DNA of 64,000 nucleotides from Terriglobia bacterium (GCA_965218585.1 CBDCLE010000005.1:32001-96000), one strand, 5' to 3'; positions 48,588 through 59,288 are shown, counted from the stretch's first letter. Made by a program: numbers and translations. The notes: a model not told the origin generated them from the letters alone.

Positions 48588-49295
48588 TTAGTCGTCGGCC
48601 CGAAGCAACCGAACTTCAACGCGCCGGTTCTGCTCGCGGCCTTCACGCGTGCCGTTATCCGCTGTCGGATCCGCTTCCCCGAGTCCGATCATTTCGATCC
48701 TGAACAGGGGCACGTTCTGACCCACGAGGTAGCGCTGAACGACGTCAGCTCGACGTTCGCTCAACGCAATGTTGTACGCGTCCTCTCCGGTGGAGTCTGT
48801 GTAGCCCTGAACCTCGACAAAGTCGCCTTGCTGGACCTGACCCGCTATGCGGCCCAACGTGGCCATACCGTCGTCGGAGAGGGTGGCGCTTTCCAGACCG
48901 AACATTACCGAAACAGTCTGCTCGACCGAATAGTTGTTGCGCGCGTCGAACCGGTTCTCCAGAGTTCCGACCCTATTCCCCGCCTGATCGGCACTCTGTT
49001 GGGCGGCTTCAGCCGTACGATCGGCGGCCGCGGCTGCGGCGTCGGCTGCGTCAGCAGCCTGCTGTGCAGAATTCGCGGCGTTGTTCGCCCCCGCGATACC
49101 TTGTTGCGCACGGTTATCTACCGCGTCAATCCGCTCGGCGTGTTCGTCAGCCGTGGACTCCAGTTCGTCCACACGCGCCTCGACTGGCGCAATCTGTTGA
49201 TCAACATATCCTCGAGTCGCACAACCCGACAGGGTCACAACTCCGACCAGCATGAAGATCCCCAAAATTGAGAATCGTCGATTTGAACTACGCAT
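48588..49295 (-). CDS. OmpA-family peptidoglycan-binding lipoprotein with an Ala-rich coiled coil
   Basis: Lipobox LSGC, AQQAADAADAAAAAAD zipper, and GYTDSTG..YNIALSERRA..NRRVEV. Confidence 0.9.
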   Translation of the reverse strand: MRSSNRRFSILGIFMLVGVVTLSGCATRGYVDQQIAPVEARVDELESTADEHAERIDAVDNRAQQGIAGANNAANSAQQAADAADAAAAAADRTAEAAQQSADQAGNRVGTLENRFDARNNYSVEQTVSVMFGLESATLSDDGMATLGRIAGQVQQGDFVEVQGYTDSTGEDAYNIALSERRADVVQRYLVGQNVPLFRIEMIGLGEADPTADNGTREGREQNRRVEVRLLRADD

Positions 49296-49549
49296 TACCT
49301 CCCCCTTCTGAATTCGATTGATTTGTATACTCGTTTATCCAAGGGCATTCATTAGGAGTTCGAACCGAGACATTCGCTCGGGATCGGGTCCGTCGTTCTG
49401 CGCCAGACAGCGTGATCTCCGCAGTCCGGCCTGCCGGTTCCGTGACGCCCGTTAAGAACAGCCTATTCTATTAAACTTAACCGCTCCGGGTATATAAGAA
49501 ATCGTCGGTAACTCCCTACCCGCTCGATTCATACACCACGGTCACGGAC

Positions 49550-49831
49550 TCAACGACCCCGGTTAACAGCCTTCTTCAGGTCCGCACCGGGCGAAAACTT
49601 CGCCACCTTGCGTGCTGGAATCTTCAGGCTGGCACCCGTCTGAGGGTTGCGGCCCGTTCGAGCCTTGCGCTTCCCTACTGAAAAGGTCCCAAAACCGACA
49701 AGGGTGACCTTGTCGCCCTTCTTGAGCGTCGCCTGAACCCCATTCAGAGCGGAGTTCAGAGCTTTTGTGGCCTGCGTTTTCGAAAGCTTCGCATCTTTAG
49801 CAATGCGTTCGATCAACTCACCCTTGTTCAT
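49550..49831 (-). CDS. hup: HU family DNA-binding protein
   Basis: MNKGELI and VGFGTF...ARTGRNPQTG. Confidence 0.95.
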   Translation of the reverse strand: MNKGELIERIAKDAKLSKTQATKALNSALNGVQATLKKGDKVTLVGFGTFSVGKRKARTGRNPQTGASLKIPARKVAKFSPGADLKKAVNRGR

Positions 49832-50088
49832 GACAGCCTCCTACACAGAGTCATAGTCGGTAGCCCTCAGGCTACCTCCGCGACCGGGGAATTTCCCACG
49901 GCACCGGGGCGCTTTGTACCATAGGGTGTGGGGCAAGTCAAGCAAGACGGCCGTCCTCTAATCGCATGGAACAGGTTGAAAAACATGGGGAAACAGCTGC
50001 TCGAAGGCGGAAAAGAGCATGGACCGTCAAGCGGCAGTCTAGCCTAGGTCCGGCTTGAGTCCGGCTTAATGGTACAGTGTGGCCCCAT

Positions 50089-51099
50089 ATGGTTCACACG
50101 ATCACATTGTTCCCCGGCGATGGCATCGGCCCGGAAGTTGCCTCCGCCGTAGTTCGCGTAATCGACGCGGCCGAAGTCACCATTACCTGGGAGGAACACA
50201 CCGTGGGCGCTGGTGCTCTTTCCGAGGGAACAACAACACTGCCCGAGGGCGCCCTCGATTCCGTCCGGAAAAACCGGATAGCCCTGAAAGGCCCGGTGAC
50301 AACTCCGGTTGGGACGGGCTTCGAGAGCGTCAACGTCAGACTTCGAAAGAAACTCCAACTCTATGCCAACTTACGCCCTGTCCGAAGTCTTCCCGGCGTG
50401 CCTTCGCGCTACGGCGACGTGGATCTGGTAATCGTCCGGGAAAACACCGAAGGCCTCTACTCGGGCCTCGAACATGAAGTCGTTCCAGGAGTGGTCGAAT
50501 CCCTCAAGATCATCAGCGACTACGCCTCCACACGAATCGCCCAGTTCGCCTTCAAATACGCGAAACAGAACGGCCGGCAAAGGATCACCGTAGTGCACAA
50601 AGCCAACATCATGAAGAAGTCAGACGGGCTGTTCAGGGAATGCTTCCGAAAGGTGGGCCACGACTATCCCGAAATCGAGCAGGACGAAAGGATCGTCGAC
50701 AATGCGAGCATGCAACTGGTAATGAACCCCAACCAGTTCGACGTCTTGCTGATGGAGAATCTCTACGGAGACATCCTGTCCGACCTGGCGGCAGGTCTGG
50801 TTGGCGGCCTGGGTGTCGTTCCGGGATCGAACCTCGGGAACGACGCGGCCGTGTTTGAAGCCGTACACGGAAGCGCACCTGATATCGCTGGGGAGAACAA
50901 GGCCAACCCAACCGCTCTCTTGCGATCCGCTCTTCTGATGCTCAGACACATCGGCGAAGCCGATGCTGCCGATCGCATCCAGGTTGCGCTCGAAACCGTC
51001 CTCGTCGAAGGTAAGATCCGCACGGGTGATCTGGGCGGCACCGCTTCAACCGACGAATTCACCGACGCCATCATCGCCGCCCTGCCCACTAAGAAGTAA
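50089..51099 (+). CDS. icd: Isocitrate dehydrogenase (NAD-type, IDH/IPMDH family)
   Basis: PGDGIGPEV, ESVNVRLRK (S-x-N-V isocitrate motif), RENTEG, HKANIMK, NLYGDILSD and FEAVHGSAPDIAG. Confidence 0.8.
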   Translation: MVHTITLFPGDGIGPEVASAVVRVIDAAEVTITWEEHTVGAGALSEGTTTLPEGALDSVRKNRIALKGPVTTPVGTGFESVNVRLRKKLQLYANLRPVRSLPGVPSRYGDVDLVIVRENTEGLYSGLEHEVVPGVVESLKIISDYASTRIAQFAFKYAKQNGRQRITVVHKANIMKKSDGLFRECFRKVGHDYPEIEQDERIVDNASMQLVMNPNQFDVLLMENLYGDILSDLAAGLVGGLGVVPGSNLGNDAAVFEAVHGSAPDIAGENKANPTALLRSALLMLRHIGEADAADRIQVALETVLVEGKIRTGDLGGTASTDEFTDAIIAALPTKK

Positions 51100-51107
51100 G
51101 AAGTTCA

Positions 51108-51236
51108 ACCCAGAGACGCAGAGAACTCAGAAGGAGGACCCACCCTAAAGACGCTAAGACGCAAAGGTGTGAGTCTTTCAGAACCTTCCTTTGCGTCTTT
51201 GCGGTAAAAACTCTTCCTGTTTATCTCTGTGGTTAC
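51108..51236. repeat. Short nested inverted repeats (ACGCAGAG/ACGCAAAG type) between convergent genes
   Basis: AACCCAGAGACGCAGAG...AAAGACGCTAAGACGCAAAG is complementary to CTTTGCGTCTTTGCGG...TCTCTGTGGTT. Confidence 0.55.
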
Positions 51237-51244
51237 TTCAGTTC

Positions 51245-51976
51245 TTACAGGATGTGTTTGCCACCGTCCACGTGGAGGACTTCGCCGGTGATGTAGTCGT
51301 TTTCGATCAGGAAGACGACGGCACGGGCGACGTCTTCGGGACTTCCCTGGCGTTTCAGCAAGGTCCGCTCGATCGCCACCTGTTTCTGCGCCTCGGTGTA
51401 ATGATCGGGAAAATGGACAGGTCCCGGAGCTACGGCATTGACCTGAACATCGGGAGCGAGCGTTTTCGCCAGACCCTGGGTAACGGCCAGCAGGGCCGCC
51501 TTGGAAACACTGTAGGGGAAATGACCCGTCCAGACCTTTTCACCCGCCGAATCCGCGATGTTCAGGATCTTTCCCTTCCCCGATTCGCGCATCAAAATAG
51601 CACATGATCTGGCGAGGAAGAATGGTGCGCGGGCATTCGCGTCCATCTGTTTGTCCCACATTTCCGGCGTGCTTTCTTCGAGAGTGCCCGGTGCGAATTC
51701 TGAAGCGCTATTGATCAATACGTCAACGGTTTTGAAACGCGATCGGATCGCTTCGATCAGTCGATCCCTGCCTGAATCATCGGTCAGATCAGCCTGAAAC
51801 ATCTCGCCTTCAGTCCCGAGGTCCCGGACCATCTTGAGCGTTTCAGCAGCCTCTTCTTCAGACGACCGATAATGGATAGCCAACCGCGCCCCACGACGCG
51901 CCAACTCGAGTGCAATCGTTCGCCCAATCCGCCGTGCAGAGCCGGTCACCAACACTATAGAGTTGGATATTTGCAT
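51245..51976 (-). CDS. Pteridine reductase/FolM-like SDR
   Basis: TGSARRIG, HYRSS, LINSAS, YSVSK, VNAVAPG and ITGEVLHVDGG. Confidence 0.88.
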   Translation of the reverse strand: MQISNSIVLVTGSARRIGRTIALELARRGARLAIHYRSSEEEAAETLKMVRDLGTEGEMFQADLTDDSGRDRLIEAIRSRFKTVDVLINSASEFAPGTLEESTPEMWDKQMDANARAPFFLARSCAILMRESGKGKILNIADSAGEKVWTGHFPYSVSKAALLAVTQGLAKTLAPDVQVNAVAPGPVHFPDHYTEAQKQVAIERTLLKRQGSPEDVARAVVFLIENDYITGEVLHVDGGKHIL

Positions 51977-52017
51977 GGTTTGAAAAGCGTAAGATTAAAA
52001 CATACACTACGCCTCAC

Positions 52018-53046
52018 ATGAAAGCTGTCGTGTTCCACAAGCACGGTGGGCCCGAAGTATTAGAGACCGGTGAAATTCAGGACCCCGAAGTGGCACGGAC
52101 GAAGTTCTGATCGAAGTCCGGGCGGCATCGGTCAACCATCTCGACATATTTGTCCGCCGCGGACTTCCCGGGTTGGAACTCCCGCTCCCGCACATTCCCG
52201 GTGCGGATGCTTCGGGAATCGTTCGGGAGACGGGCAGTGCTGTAACGGGGCTCGGGCCGGGTCAAAGGGTCACGATCAATCCTGGAATCAACTGCGGCCG
52301 GTGCGAATTCTGCTCCGCAAGGTTAGCAAGCCAGTGCCTCACCTACCAGATCATCGGAGAGCACACCCCGGGCACGTATGCTGAATTTGATCAAGGTGCC
52401 CCACCACAACGTCTCACCCATACCGGATACGATGAGTTTCGAGGATGCTGCTGCCGTCCCATTGGTCTTTCTGACCGCCTGGAGCATGCTGATCACGAAA
52501 GGCCAAATCCAACCGGGTGAGGACGTATTGATTCTCGGTGCGGGGGCCGGCGTGGGCACGGCAGCGGTGCAAATCGCCAGGATGACGGGTTGCCGTGTCT
52601 GGGCGGCCGCAGGTTCCAGGAAGAAACTGGACCGGCTGGCTGATCTGGGAGCGGAGATTCTGATCAACTACAAAGAAGAAGAGTTCGACCGCGTGATTCG
52701 GAAACAGACGAATAAACGAGGCGTTGATGTCGTCGTGGACTACATCGGAGCCGACACGTGGCTGAAAAGTCTCCGTTCCGTGCGCCGGGGCGGCCGCATA
52801 CTGACATGCGGCGCCACGACCGGGCCCAGCCCGCAAACGGATCTCCGGCATGTCTTCTTTCGACAGCTACAAGTACTCGGCTCCACCGCGGGCAGCCCAC
52901 GTGAATTCACCGACGTCATGCGTTGCATCTTCCGGGGACAGTTGCAGCCAGTGATCGATCGCGTTCTCCCCATGTCGGAAGCGGCCACAGCCCACAGGTT
53001 GATCGAAAACCGTGAAGTGTTTGGCAAACTCGTCCTCGCGATCTGA
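52018..53046 (+). pseudogene. Zinc-binding alcohol dehydrogenase/quinone oxidoreductase (MDR family), two frameshifts (~52097 and ~52388)
   Basis: MKAVVFHKHGGPEVL, then DEVLIEVRAASVNHLD..PHIPGAD..CGRCEFC..C, then AAVPLVFLTAW..GAGAGVG..FGKLVL, in three frames. Confidence 0.85.
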
Positions 53047-53121
53047 TATCAGGGATTGATTCCGCTGCCCGGCCCCTCGTCAGATTGCCACCATCACCCC
53101 GCCAAGCGTTAAGCTATACAC

Positions 53122-54008
53122 ATGTCTCTTGTACGCCCACTTCGAACGACCTGGGCGCTGATACGGGAAACCTTCACCCGCTGGATTCGAGATGGTGCCT
53201 TTGAGATGAGCGCGTCGATCGCGTTCTATGCAGCGTTCTCGATGGCGCCTGCATTGTTGATCCTTGTGGCTCTGGTCGGTCTTGTCTACAGCGGCGATAC
53301 AGCAGCCAGCATTCAAAATCAGATGTCTGAGTACGTCGGTGAAGATGCGGCAGCGTTGGTCGCACGGGCGGTGACCAGCCTGACTGATGGCGTTGGAAGA
53401 GGCCGGGTCCCAACCGTAATTGCAATTGCGACGATGTTGATCGGAGCCTCAGCAGTCTTCTCTCAGGTTCTGGCAGCAATGAACAAAGTTTGGCGCGTCC
53501 AGGCCCGGCCGGGCCGGGGGATCTCAGGCATATTGAGGGACCGTTTCTGGCCATTCATGATGGTTGTCATCGTCAGCGCTCTGCTGCTCCTGTCATTTCT
53601 TGTAAGCACCGGTACCAGTTTTACAGCGTTTACGTAAATCGGTTCCTTCCCGAGGTTTCCTTCATATGGCATTACGTTGATCTCGCCTCGTCGTTCGCCC
53701 TCGTCACCCTCCTGTTCGCATTGACCTACAAGTTTCTGCCTGACGCCAGAATCGCATGGAGCGACGTGTGGCTCGGAGCTACGGTCACAGCCGTTTTCTT
53801 CGTCACAGGCAAGTATGCGTTCACTCTGTTTCTGGGAACAGCGGTGATCGAATCCGTCTACGGCGCGGCAGGATCCCTTCTGGTCATTCTGATCTGGGTT
53901 TACTTTTCGACGTCGATTCTTCTATTGGGCGCCGAGTTCACGCACATTTATGCCGAACGGCACGGCCACAGCGTGGTTCCAAAAAAAAACGCGGTGCGGA
54001 TTGATTGA
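53122..54008 (+). pseudogene. YihY/BrkB family inner membrane protein, frameshift near 53620
   Basis: SASIAFYAAFSMAP and AMNKVW in the first ORF. YKFLPD, VWLGA, YGAAGS..LIWVY..LLGAE in the second. Confidence 0.85.
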
Positions 54009-54028
54009 AGCTGATAGCTGATGAATGG

Positions 54029-55087
54029 CTAATCGAACGGATTCGGCTGGCCGCCCGAGAACGGTGACGACGGATCGTCCTGGAACTCTGCGGGTTGACC
54101 GGTACCCTGTCCCGGCAAAGCTGCGGCTGAAGGTACAGTCCCGAAGCCGGGAATCGCGATGAACTCCCACTCACTGTAGGTCTCCCGCTGGTTGTAGGCT
54201 TTCAGAGAGCGTCCTTCGTTTTCGGGCGCAACGCCCACAACACCACCACCCCCAAAGGTCTGAGAGCCTCCCGTGGTTGGGCCACGCTGTCCGGTTCCAC
54301 CTCCCTGCCCCTGTCCCGGTCCTTGTCCAGGACCTGCTCCTCGTCCGGGAAAACCACCGCCAGCATTACCCCGGCCTTGTCTGCCGAATCCACCACCTCG
54401 ACCTCCGGCCGGCTGATTGAAACCTCCCGCATTCGGCGCAATCGCCTGGCCAAAGTTAGTCTGTCCCGCGCCCGCCTGGCCACCACGGCCACCTTGTTGA
54501 CCGAAACCGGCAGCGCCCCCGAAACCACCTGCGTTCGGCGTAGCTGCCTGGCCGAAGTTCGTCTGTCCACTTCCGGCTGCGCCAAACCCCTGTTGCTGCC
54601 CGAACCCGGAGGTTCCCTGGAAGTTGCCTCCTGCTCCCCGACCCCGGCCATTCCCCCCCTCGCCTTGCCCAGAGCCTGGGGCACCGAACATCTGCGGCGT
54701 CCCACCTTGAAAGAGGGCCGGATTAGCGCCCGCCTGCAACAACGTGGAACCGTTTATCGTGCCGTCAGGGTTAACGGTCAGCAGCCGGAAGCCTTCCCCG
54801 GTAATTGGATCTATGTAGGGACGCCGAAGATATCGAATTCCGTTTGTGTCGATCAGGGCGTCAATGCTGGGTGGGAAGATACCGAACTGTCGCTGGTATT
54901 TCTGAATCGCCCGCACGTACTCCTGTCCACGAAATATCAGCTCTTCTTCCAGTTCCCTCTGCGCCTGGACCTGATAGACGGGCAAGGAGGCTGCAAGAAC
55001 GATCGACAACGCGGTCATGAAGATAATCAATGCGGCGAGTGCGAACCCTTCATTTGAATCGGACCGTCTCATTGGGTGGAGCTTCAT
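54029..55087 (-). CDS. Prepilin-type minor pseudopilin (GspK/PilX-like, no Glu5) with a Gly-rich low-complexity insert
   Basis: G|FALAALIIF cleavage motif, EEELIFRGQEYVRAI, RYLRRPYIDPITG and YSEWEF. Confidence 0.75.
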   Translation of the reverse strand: MKLHPMRRSDSNEGFALAALIIFMTALSIVLAASLPVYQVQAQRELEEELIFRGQEYVRAIQKYQRQFGIFPPSIDALIDTNGIRYLRRPYIDPITGEGFRLLTVNPDGTINGSTLLQAGANPALFQGGTPQMFGAPGSGQGEGGNGRGRGAGGNFQGTSGFGQQQGFGAAGSGQTNFGQAATPNAGGFGGAAGFGQQGGRGGQAGAGQTNFGQAIAPNAGGFNQPAGGRGGGFGRQGRGNAGGGFPGRGAGPGQGPGQGQGGGTGQRGPTTGGSQTFGGGGVVGVAPENEGRSLKAYNQRETYSEWEFIAIPGFGTVPSAAALPGQGTGQPAEFQDDPSSPFSGGQPNPFD

Positions 55088-55659
55088 TGTGTGATTAGGG
55101 GCAACCGCTGACGGCGCCCGAACTCGAGATCTTCTATTTCGACAAACGCTTCCGTGACCACGTTGACCCGATACCGCCCCATGACAACATCGTCCTCGGA
55201 AACGGCGAACGATCTATCGTCGTCGAACAGGAGGGCCCGTATCCCGTCGGACGGATCGATCACCGCATATCCATTGTAACGGAACGGAATCGGAGGTGGA
55301 GGTGGAGGCGCCGGCGCAGTCACGCCCCCTGGAGGTTGCGGCGTATCGGCTGACCTGGGTGTCAACTCCTGCGGTTCATCTACTGCAGCAGGCGGTGGGA
55401 CCGGCTCGGGGCCATACTGGAATGGATTTCTACCGATTTCGTTATCGAGAAGAGACATCCGGGTCGACAAATCAGTGTCCATGTTTACCCCGGACAACGA
55501 GTCCCGTACTCCGGCCACGGCAGAGAGTCCGGCCTCACCCCCGTTCACAGGCAGCGCCTGGGGCACCTGATAGATCTGGCGGCCCACCCACACGGTAGCC
55601 ACTAGAACAGCCAGCAGGATGAACAATATCTTGAAACGCTGCCGGTCGTTAGGATCCAT
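55084..55659 (-). CDS. PilP/GspC-like assembly protein
   Basis: N-terminal TM, GRNPFQY, Pro-rich linker and a C-terminal beta domain. Follows the pilO-like gene. Confidence 0.55.
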   Translation of the reverse strand: MDPNDRQRFKILFILLAVLVATVWVGRQIYQVPQALPVNGGEAGLSAVAGVRDSLSGVNMDTDLSTRMSLLDNEIGRNPFQYGPEPVPPPAAVDEPQELTPRSADTPQPPGGVTAPAPPPPPPIPFRYNGYAVIDPSDGIRALLFDDDRSFAVSEDDVVMGRYRVNVVTEAFVEIEDLEFGRRQRLPLITQ

Positions 55660-56215
55660 AAGAAAAAAAAGTCGTCAAACTAAGCGAGAGCTCAAGGTCA
55701 CCCGGCCCCCCCGCTTCAGAGCGATTCAGGCCGATGGCGTCCAATATGAAAAGTGTATCGGCACCTTCCAGCTCCCGGATGAACTGGGTCACCGCCTGAT
55801 ACGAACCCTGAACGGGAATATTGATTCCCACCGAATAGACTCCAAACTCGGGAATCGGATCGAGGTCGTACTGCACCTGATTGCGACGAATATCCGCGAT
55901 CTCGGCGAGACGTTCCAGATCAGGGAGGATCGCAGCAAACCCTTCGCCGCGCGGAACAACCCGCGCAGCAAGGAATCGAAGGCGTTCGCGGCGGGAATCA
56001 TCTAACTGGCTTTCGAGTTCCACGAGCCGCTCCAGATCCAGCACCCGCTCGTCACTCTCCTCGTCGAGAGTTTCAATGGAAGATGCGAGACGAATCGAAT
56101 CGGATCGCACCGGTAAATACAGAATCAGAAAAGACAGGACCGAGACTGCAGCGAGAATCGCGACCACGCTGCCAAAAACATACTGCTGCCTTTGCCGTTT
56201 GTACATTCCGCTCAT
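55649..56215 (-). CDS. pilO: PilO/GspM-like protein
   Basis: N-terminal TM, coiled coil and VQGSYQAVTQFIRELE. Confidence 0.75.
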   Translation of the reverse strand: MSGMYKRQRQQYVFGSVVAILAAVSVLSFLILYLPVRSDSIRLASSIETLDEESDERVLDLERLVELESQLDDSRRERLRFLAARVVPRGEGFAAILPDLERLAEIADIRRNQVQYDLDPIPEFGVYSVGINIPVQGSYQAVTQFIRELEGADTLFILDAIGLNRSEAGGPGDLELSLSLTTFFSYGS

Positions 56216-56790
56216 GGTCCCACTCCGGCTTCGGGCATGTATGCGGCAGTCATGGTCAGTTGGATCTCTGTCCCACCGTCTATGCTGCGCGTTTCGCTAG
56301 ACACTGCAACGTCCTGGAAGCGGTCTGTGCCTTCCAAGTCACGGATGAACTGGCTCAGGGCATCGATGGTCTGACCAATCGCTTCCATACGGACCAGCAC
56401 TTCACCTGATTCTCCGATCTGAGGCTGAAGTGTTACCAGATAAACCGCACGCGGAATGACACCCTCTATGTCGGCGAGCAAGAGCGTCCAGGAAAAACGC
56501 TGTCGTTCTATTACGGTATTCAGAAATCGTACCTCTTCAATTCCAGCCAGCGCTTCCGGTCGCCCGAGCCTTGCTTCGATATCTGAGATCTGATCGCCCA
56601 GTGAAGCCCACTCGACCCGCGCCTCTTGTTCATCTTCTCCCAATACCTGAACGTCATCTATATAGCCGAGGAAGCTGACAAGCTGCCACACCGAAAACGC
56701 AGCCACCAGAATCAAAACGCCGCTGAGGAGAACGTTGGTCGTCCTGTAATGCGGAAACGGGCTATTCGAGAGGTTGAGGTGATATTTCAT
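56212..56790 (-). CDS. pilN: PilN-like protein
   Basis: HLNLSNSPF, TM, FSWTLLLADIEGVIPRAV and FIRDLEGTDRF. Confidence 0.75.
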   Translation of the reverse strand: MKYHLNLSNSPFPHYRTTNVLLSGVLILVAAFSVWQLVSFLGYIDDVQVLGEDEQEARVEWASLGDQISDIEARLGRPEALAGIEEVRFLNTVIERQRFSWTLLLADIEGVIPRAVYLVTLQPQIGESGEVLVRMEAIGQTIDALSQFIRDLEGTDRFQDVAVSSETRSIDGGTEIQLTMTAAYMPEAGVGP

Positions 56791-57665
56791 GACGAGTGCT
56801 GAAGGGCTCCGAGTGCAGGTTTGTACACATCTCCCAACTCCGAGGAATGGAGTCGCCCCACTCGAACGCCAATCCTATCCGCCAGTTTTTCCTCTTCGGA
56901 TTCCCCAATTCCTTCTCCACACAGAACCACTTCTCCAAGCCCTGTACCTCCCAGCTTGTCCTGGTAGTACATCAGTGTTGGATACGCAGCCTCGTAGAGC
57001 GGGCCGGATGGAATCTTCCTGTAAAAGCGGAGGGCTCCGTCCATCAGGACCGAAGTCGTCACAGAAGTCGTACTCTTCTTGACGAACAGGACATCATTCG
57101 CTCCACCTTGCAACAGGTTGAGCGCTGAAGTCGTTGACGGGCTCATGACTCCGGCATGGAGCCCCATCGATTCGACCAGCTCCTGATACTGCTCGACGAT
57201 AACCTGACGTGACAGCGCGACCAGCAGGTCTACGCTCCCGTTCTCCCTGAGCGTCTGGTAAGCAACCTGAGCCGTTTCGACGTCGAAAGGAACATTCTTC
57301 TTGAGCTTCCATCGGATGATAGAGCGTCTCTCTGCATCCGCTGCAGGCAACGAATCGATGTTGAGCAGCGCAATCCGCATCGCCTCGTCTGGGATCACGA
57401 GAGACAAATCGGAACCCATAAATCCGGCACCGTCGAGCGCTTCCTGAACCCCGCTTCGAACCGCAGACGGGTCCGCAATATTCGTTTCCCTGAGGTCTCC
57501 CACGAGCGCCCCCTCAGGAAGTGGCCGAACGTCTCGCGAAACGACCGTCTGCCGATCCGGCAAAGCTTCGATGACAGCAACATGGTCCGTTGTCAGTTCG
57601 AGGGCCCACAAAGGAACGTCGGGAGCGAATAAACTGCGAACGCCTGAAAAGATCCCGTTAGTCAA
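56787..57665 (-). CDS. pilM: PilM-like actin-fold assembly protein
   Basis: LPEGAL, LVIPD, IRWKLKKNVPFD and VVLCG. Lies between the ATPase gene and pilN. Confidence 0.7.
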   Translation of the reverse strand: MTNGIFSGVRSLFAPDVPLWALELTTDHVAVIEALPDRQTVVSRDVRPLPEGALVGDLRETNIADPSAVRSGVQEALDGAGFMGSDLSLVIPDEAMRIALLNIDSLPAADAERRSIIRWKLKKNVPFDVETAQVAYQTLRENGSVDLLVALSRQVIVEQYQELVESMGLHAGVMSPSTTSALNLLQGGANDVLFVKKSTTSVTTSVLMDGALRFYRKIPSGPLYEAAYPTLMYYQDKLGGTGLGEVVLCGEGIGESEEEKLADRIGVRVGRLHSSELGDVYKPALGALQHSS

Positions 57666-59286
57666 TGAACGTCACCTTGTTGATTTCCCTCAGAGTCGTC
57701 ACCCCCTCCAGCACCTTCGACACGGCGGTTTCCCTCAGGAAGATCATTCCCTGATCGTGCGCCGCACGCTTGATCTCCGACGTGGGTTTCCTGTCGACAA
57801 TCATTTCGCGAATCTTGTCGGACACATCCAATAATTCGTAAATCGCCGTACGCCCCCTGAATCCAGTGCCGTTGCACTCCAGGCAACCATCACCCTCATA
57901 AAAATCCGTTTTCGAATACTGTTCGGGAGGGAGGTTCGACGCCAGCAAGGTCTCAGCCGAATAGCGGACCGCCTTCTTACAACTCGCGCAGATCACGCGA
58001 ACCAGACGTTGGGCCAGAATGCAGTTGAGCGCGGATACAAAGTTGTACGGATCCACTCCCATGTTCAGAAACCGGCCCAGAACGTCGACGACGTTGTTGG
58101 CGTGTACAGTCGTAAATACGAGGTGTCCGGTCAGTGCCGACTGGATCGCAATCTGGGAAGTCTCCATGTCACGGATCTCTCCGACCATCACCTTGTCGGG
58201 ATCGTGTCGCAGGATGGAACGGAGTCCACGCGCAAACGTGAGGCCTTTCTTTTCGTTTACAGGAATCTGGGTAATTCCCTCGATCTGATACTCGACCGGA
58301 TCCTCGATCGTAATGATCTTGTCCTCATCGTTGCGTATCTCCATCAGAGCGGCATAAAGCGTCGTTGTCTTACCGCTGCCAGTGGGGCCGGTGACGAGAA
58401 CCATGCCGTAGGGTTCGTGGATGTAGCGCCGAAACTGGCGCATCTCATCTTCAGCAAACCCCACGACTTCCAGACTCAACGTTCGGAACTCTTCGTTAAT
58501 CGACTGCTTGTCGAGGATTCGGATCACAGCGTCCTCACCGTGAATCGACGGCATGATCGAAACGCGAAAATCGATAGAACGCCCCTTGTAACGCGTCTTG
58601 AACCTGCCATCCTGAGGGACACGCTTTTCAGAAATGTCCAGTTCGGCCATCACCTTGATGCGCGAGATGATCGTCGAGTGATGTTCCTTGGCAATCGGGT
58701 CCATGGCGAACCCCAGAGTGCCGTCGATGCGATACTTGACCACCACTTCCGAGGCACGAGTTTCTATGTGAATGTCGCTCGCCCGGCGACCGAGAGCCGT
58801 AAAGATGACCGTATCGACCAGGCGGATGATCGGGCTGGACTCGTCCTGGGTGATCTTTTCGATCGTGATCGTCTCTTCTCCAAGGTCGTCGTCGCGGATG
58901 AGATCCAGCTTGAAACCTTCGGTCGCTTCATCCAGCACCCGCTGAGTGGACTCTGATCTCTTGAGGAGCTCACTGATTTCGGATTGCGCGGCAACTTTGA
59001 TGATCAGCGGTTTGTTCAGAAGCGATGTCACCTCGTCCACCGCGACCAGGTCACTGGGATCCGCTATGGCAATGACGAGGGAGGATCCCTCCATCGAAAG
59101 AGGAACAAAGTTGTACCGGAACATCAGATCCACAGGTGTCGAACGCAGAAGTTCCAGATCCAGGTGTGCGTCTTCGAGGTCTATGAACTCGTATCGGTAC
59201 CGCTCGGCCAGGACGCGCGCGTGCTCCGGTCCATTGGCACCCCCGTTTGAGTCCTCGACAGAATCGATGTGTTGTTTCTCTTCCAT
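57658..59286 (-). CDS. pilB: Type IV pilus/T2SS assembly ATPase (PilB/GspE)
   Basis: RASDIHIE, PQDGRF, TGPTGSGKTTTLY, TIEDPVE, LRHDPD..GEIRD, LTGHLVFTTVH and a tetra-Cys motif. Confidence 0.9.
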   Translation of the reverse strand: MEEKQHIDSVEDSNGGANGPEHARVLAERYRYEFIDLEDAHLDLELLRSTPVDLMFRYNFVPLSMEGSSLVIAIADPSDLVAVDEVTSLLNKPLIIKVAAQSEISELLKRSESTQRVLDEATEGFKLDLIRDDDLGEETITIEKITQDESSPIIRLVDTVIFTALGRRASDIHIETRASEVVVKYRIDGTLGFAMDPIAKEHHSTIISRIKVMAELDISEKRVPQDGRFKTRYKGRSIDFRVSIMPSIHGEDAVIRILDKQSINEEFRTLSLEVVGFAEDEMRQFRRYIHEPYGMVLVTGPTGSGKTTTLYAALMEIRNDEDKIITIEDPVEYQIEGITQIPVNEKKGLTFARGLRSILRHDPDKVMVGEIRDMETSQIAIQSALTGHLVFTTVHANNVVDVLGRFLNMGVDPYNFVSALNCILAQRLVRVICASCKKAVRYSAETLLASNLPPEQYSKTDFYEGDGCLECNGTGFRGRTAIYELLDVSDKIREMIVDRKPTSEIKRAAHDQGMIFLRETAVSKVLEGVTTLREINKVTFID

Positions 59287-59288
59287 GC

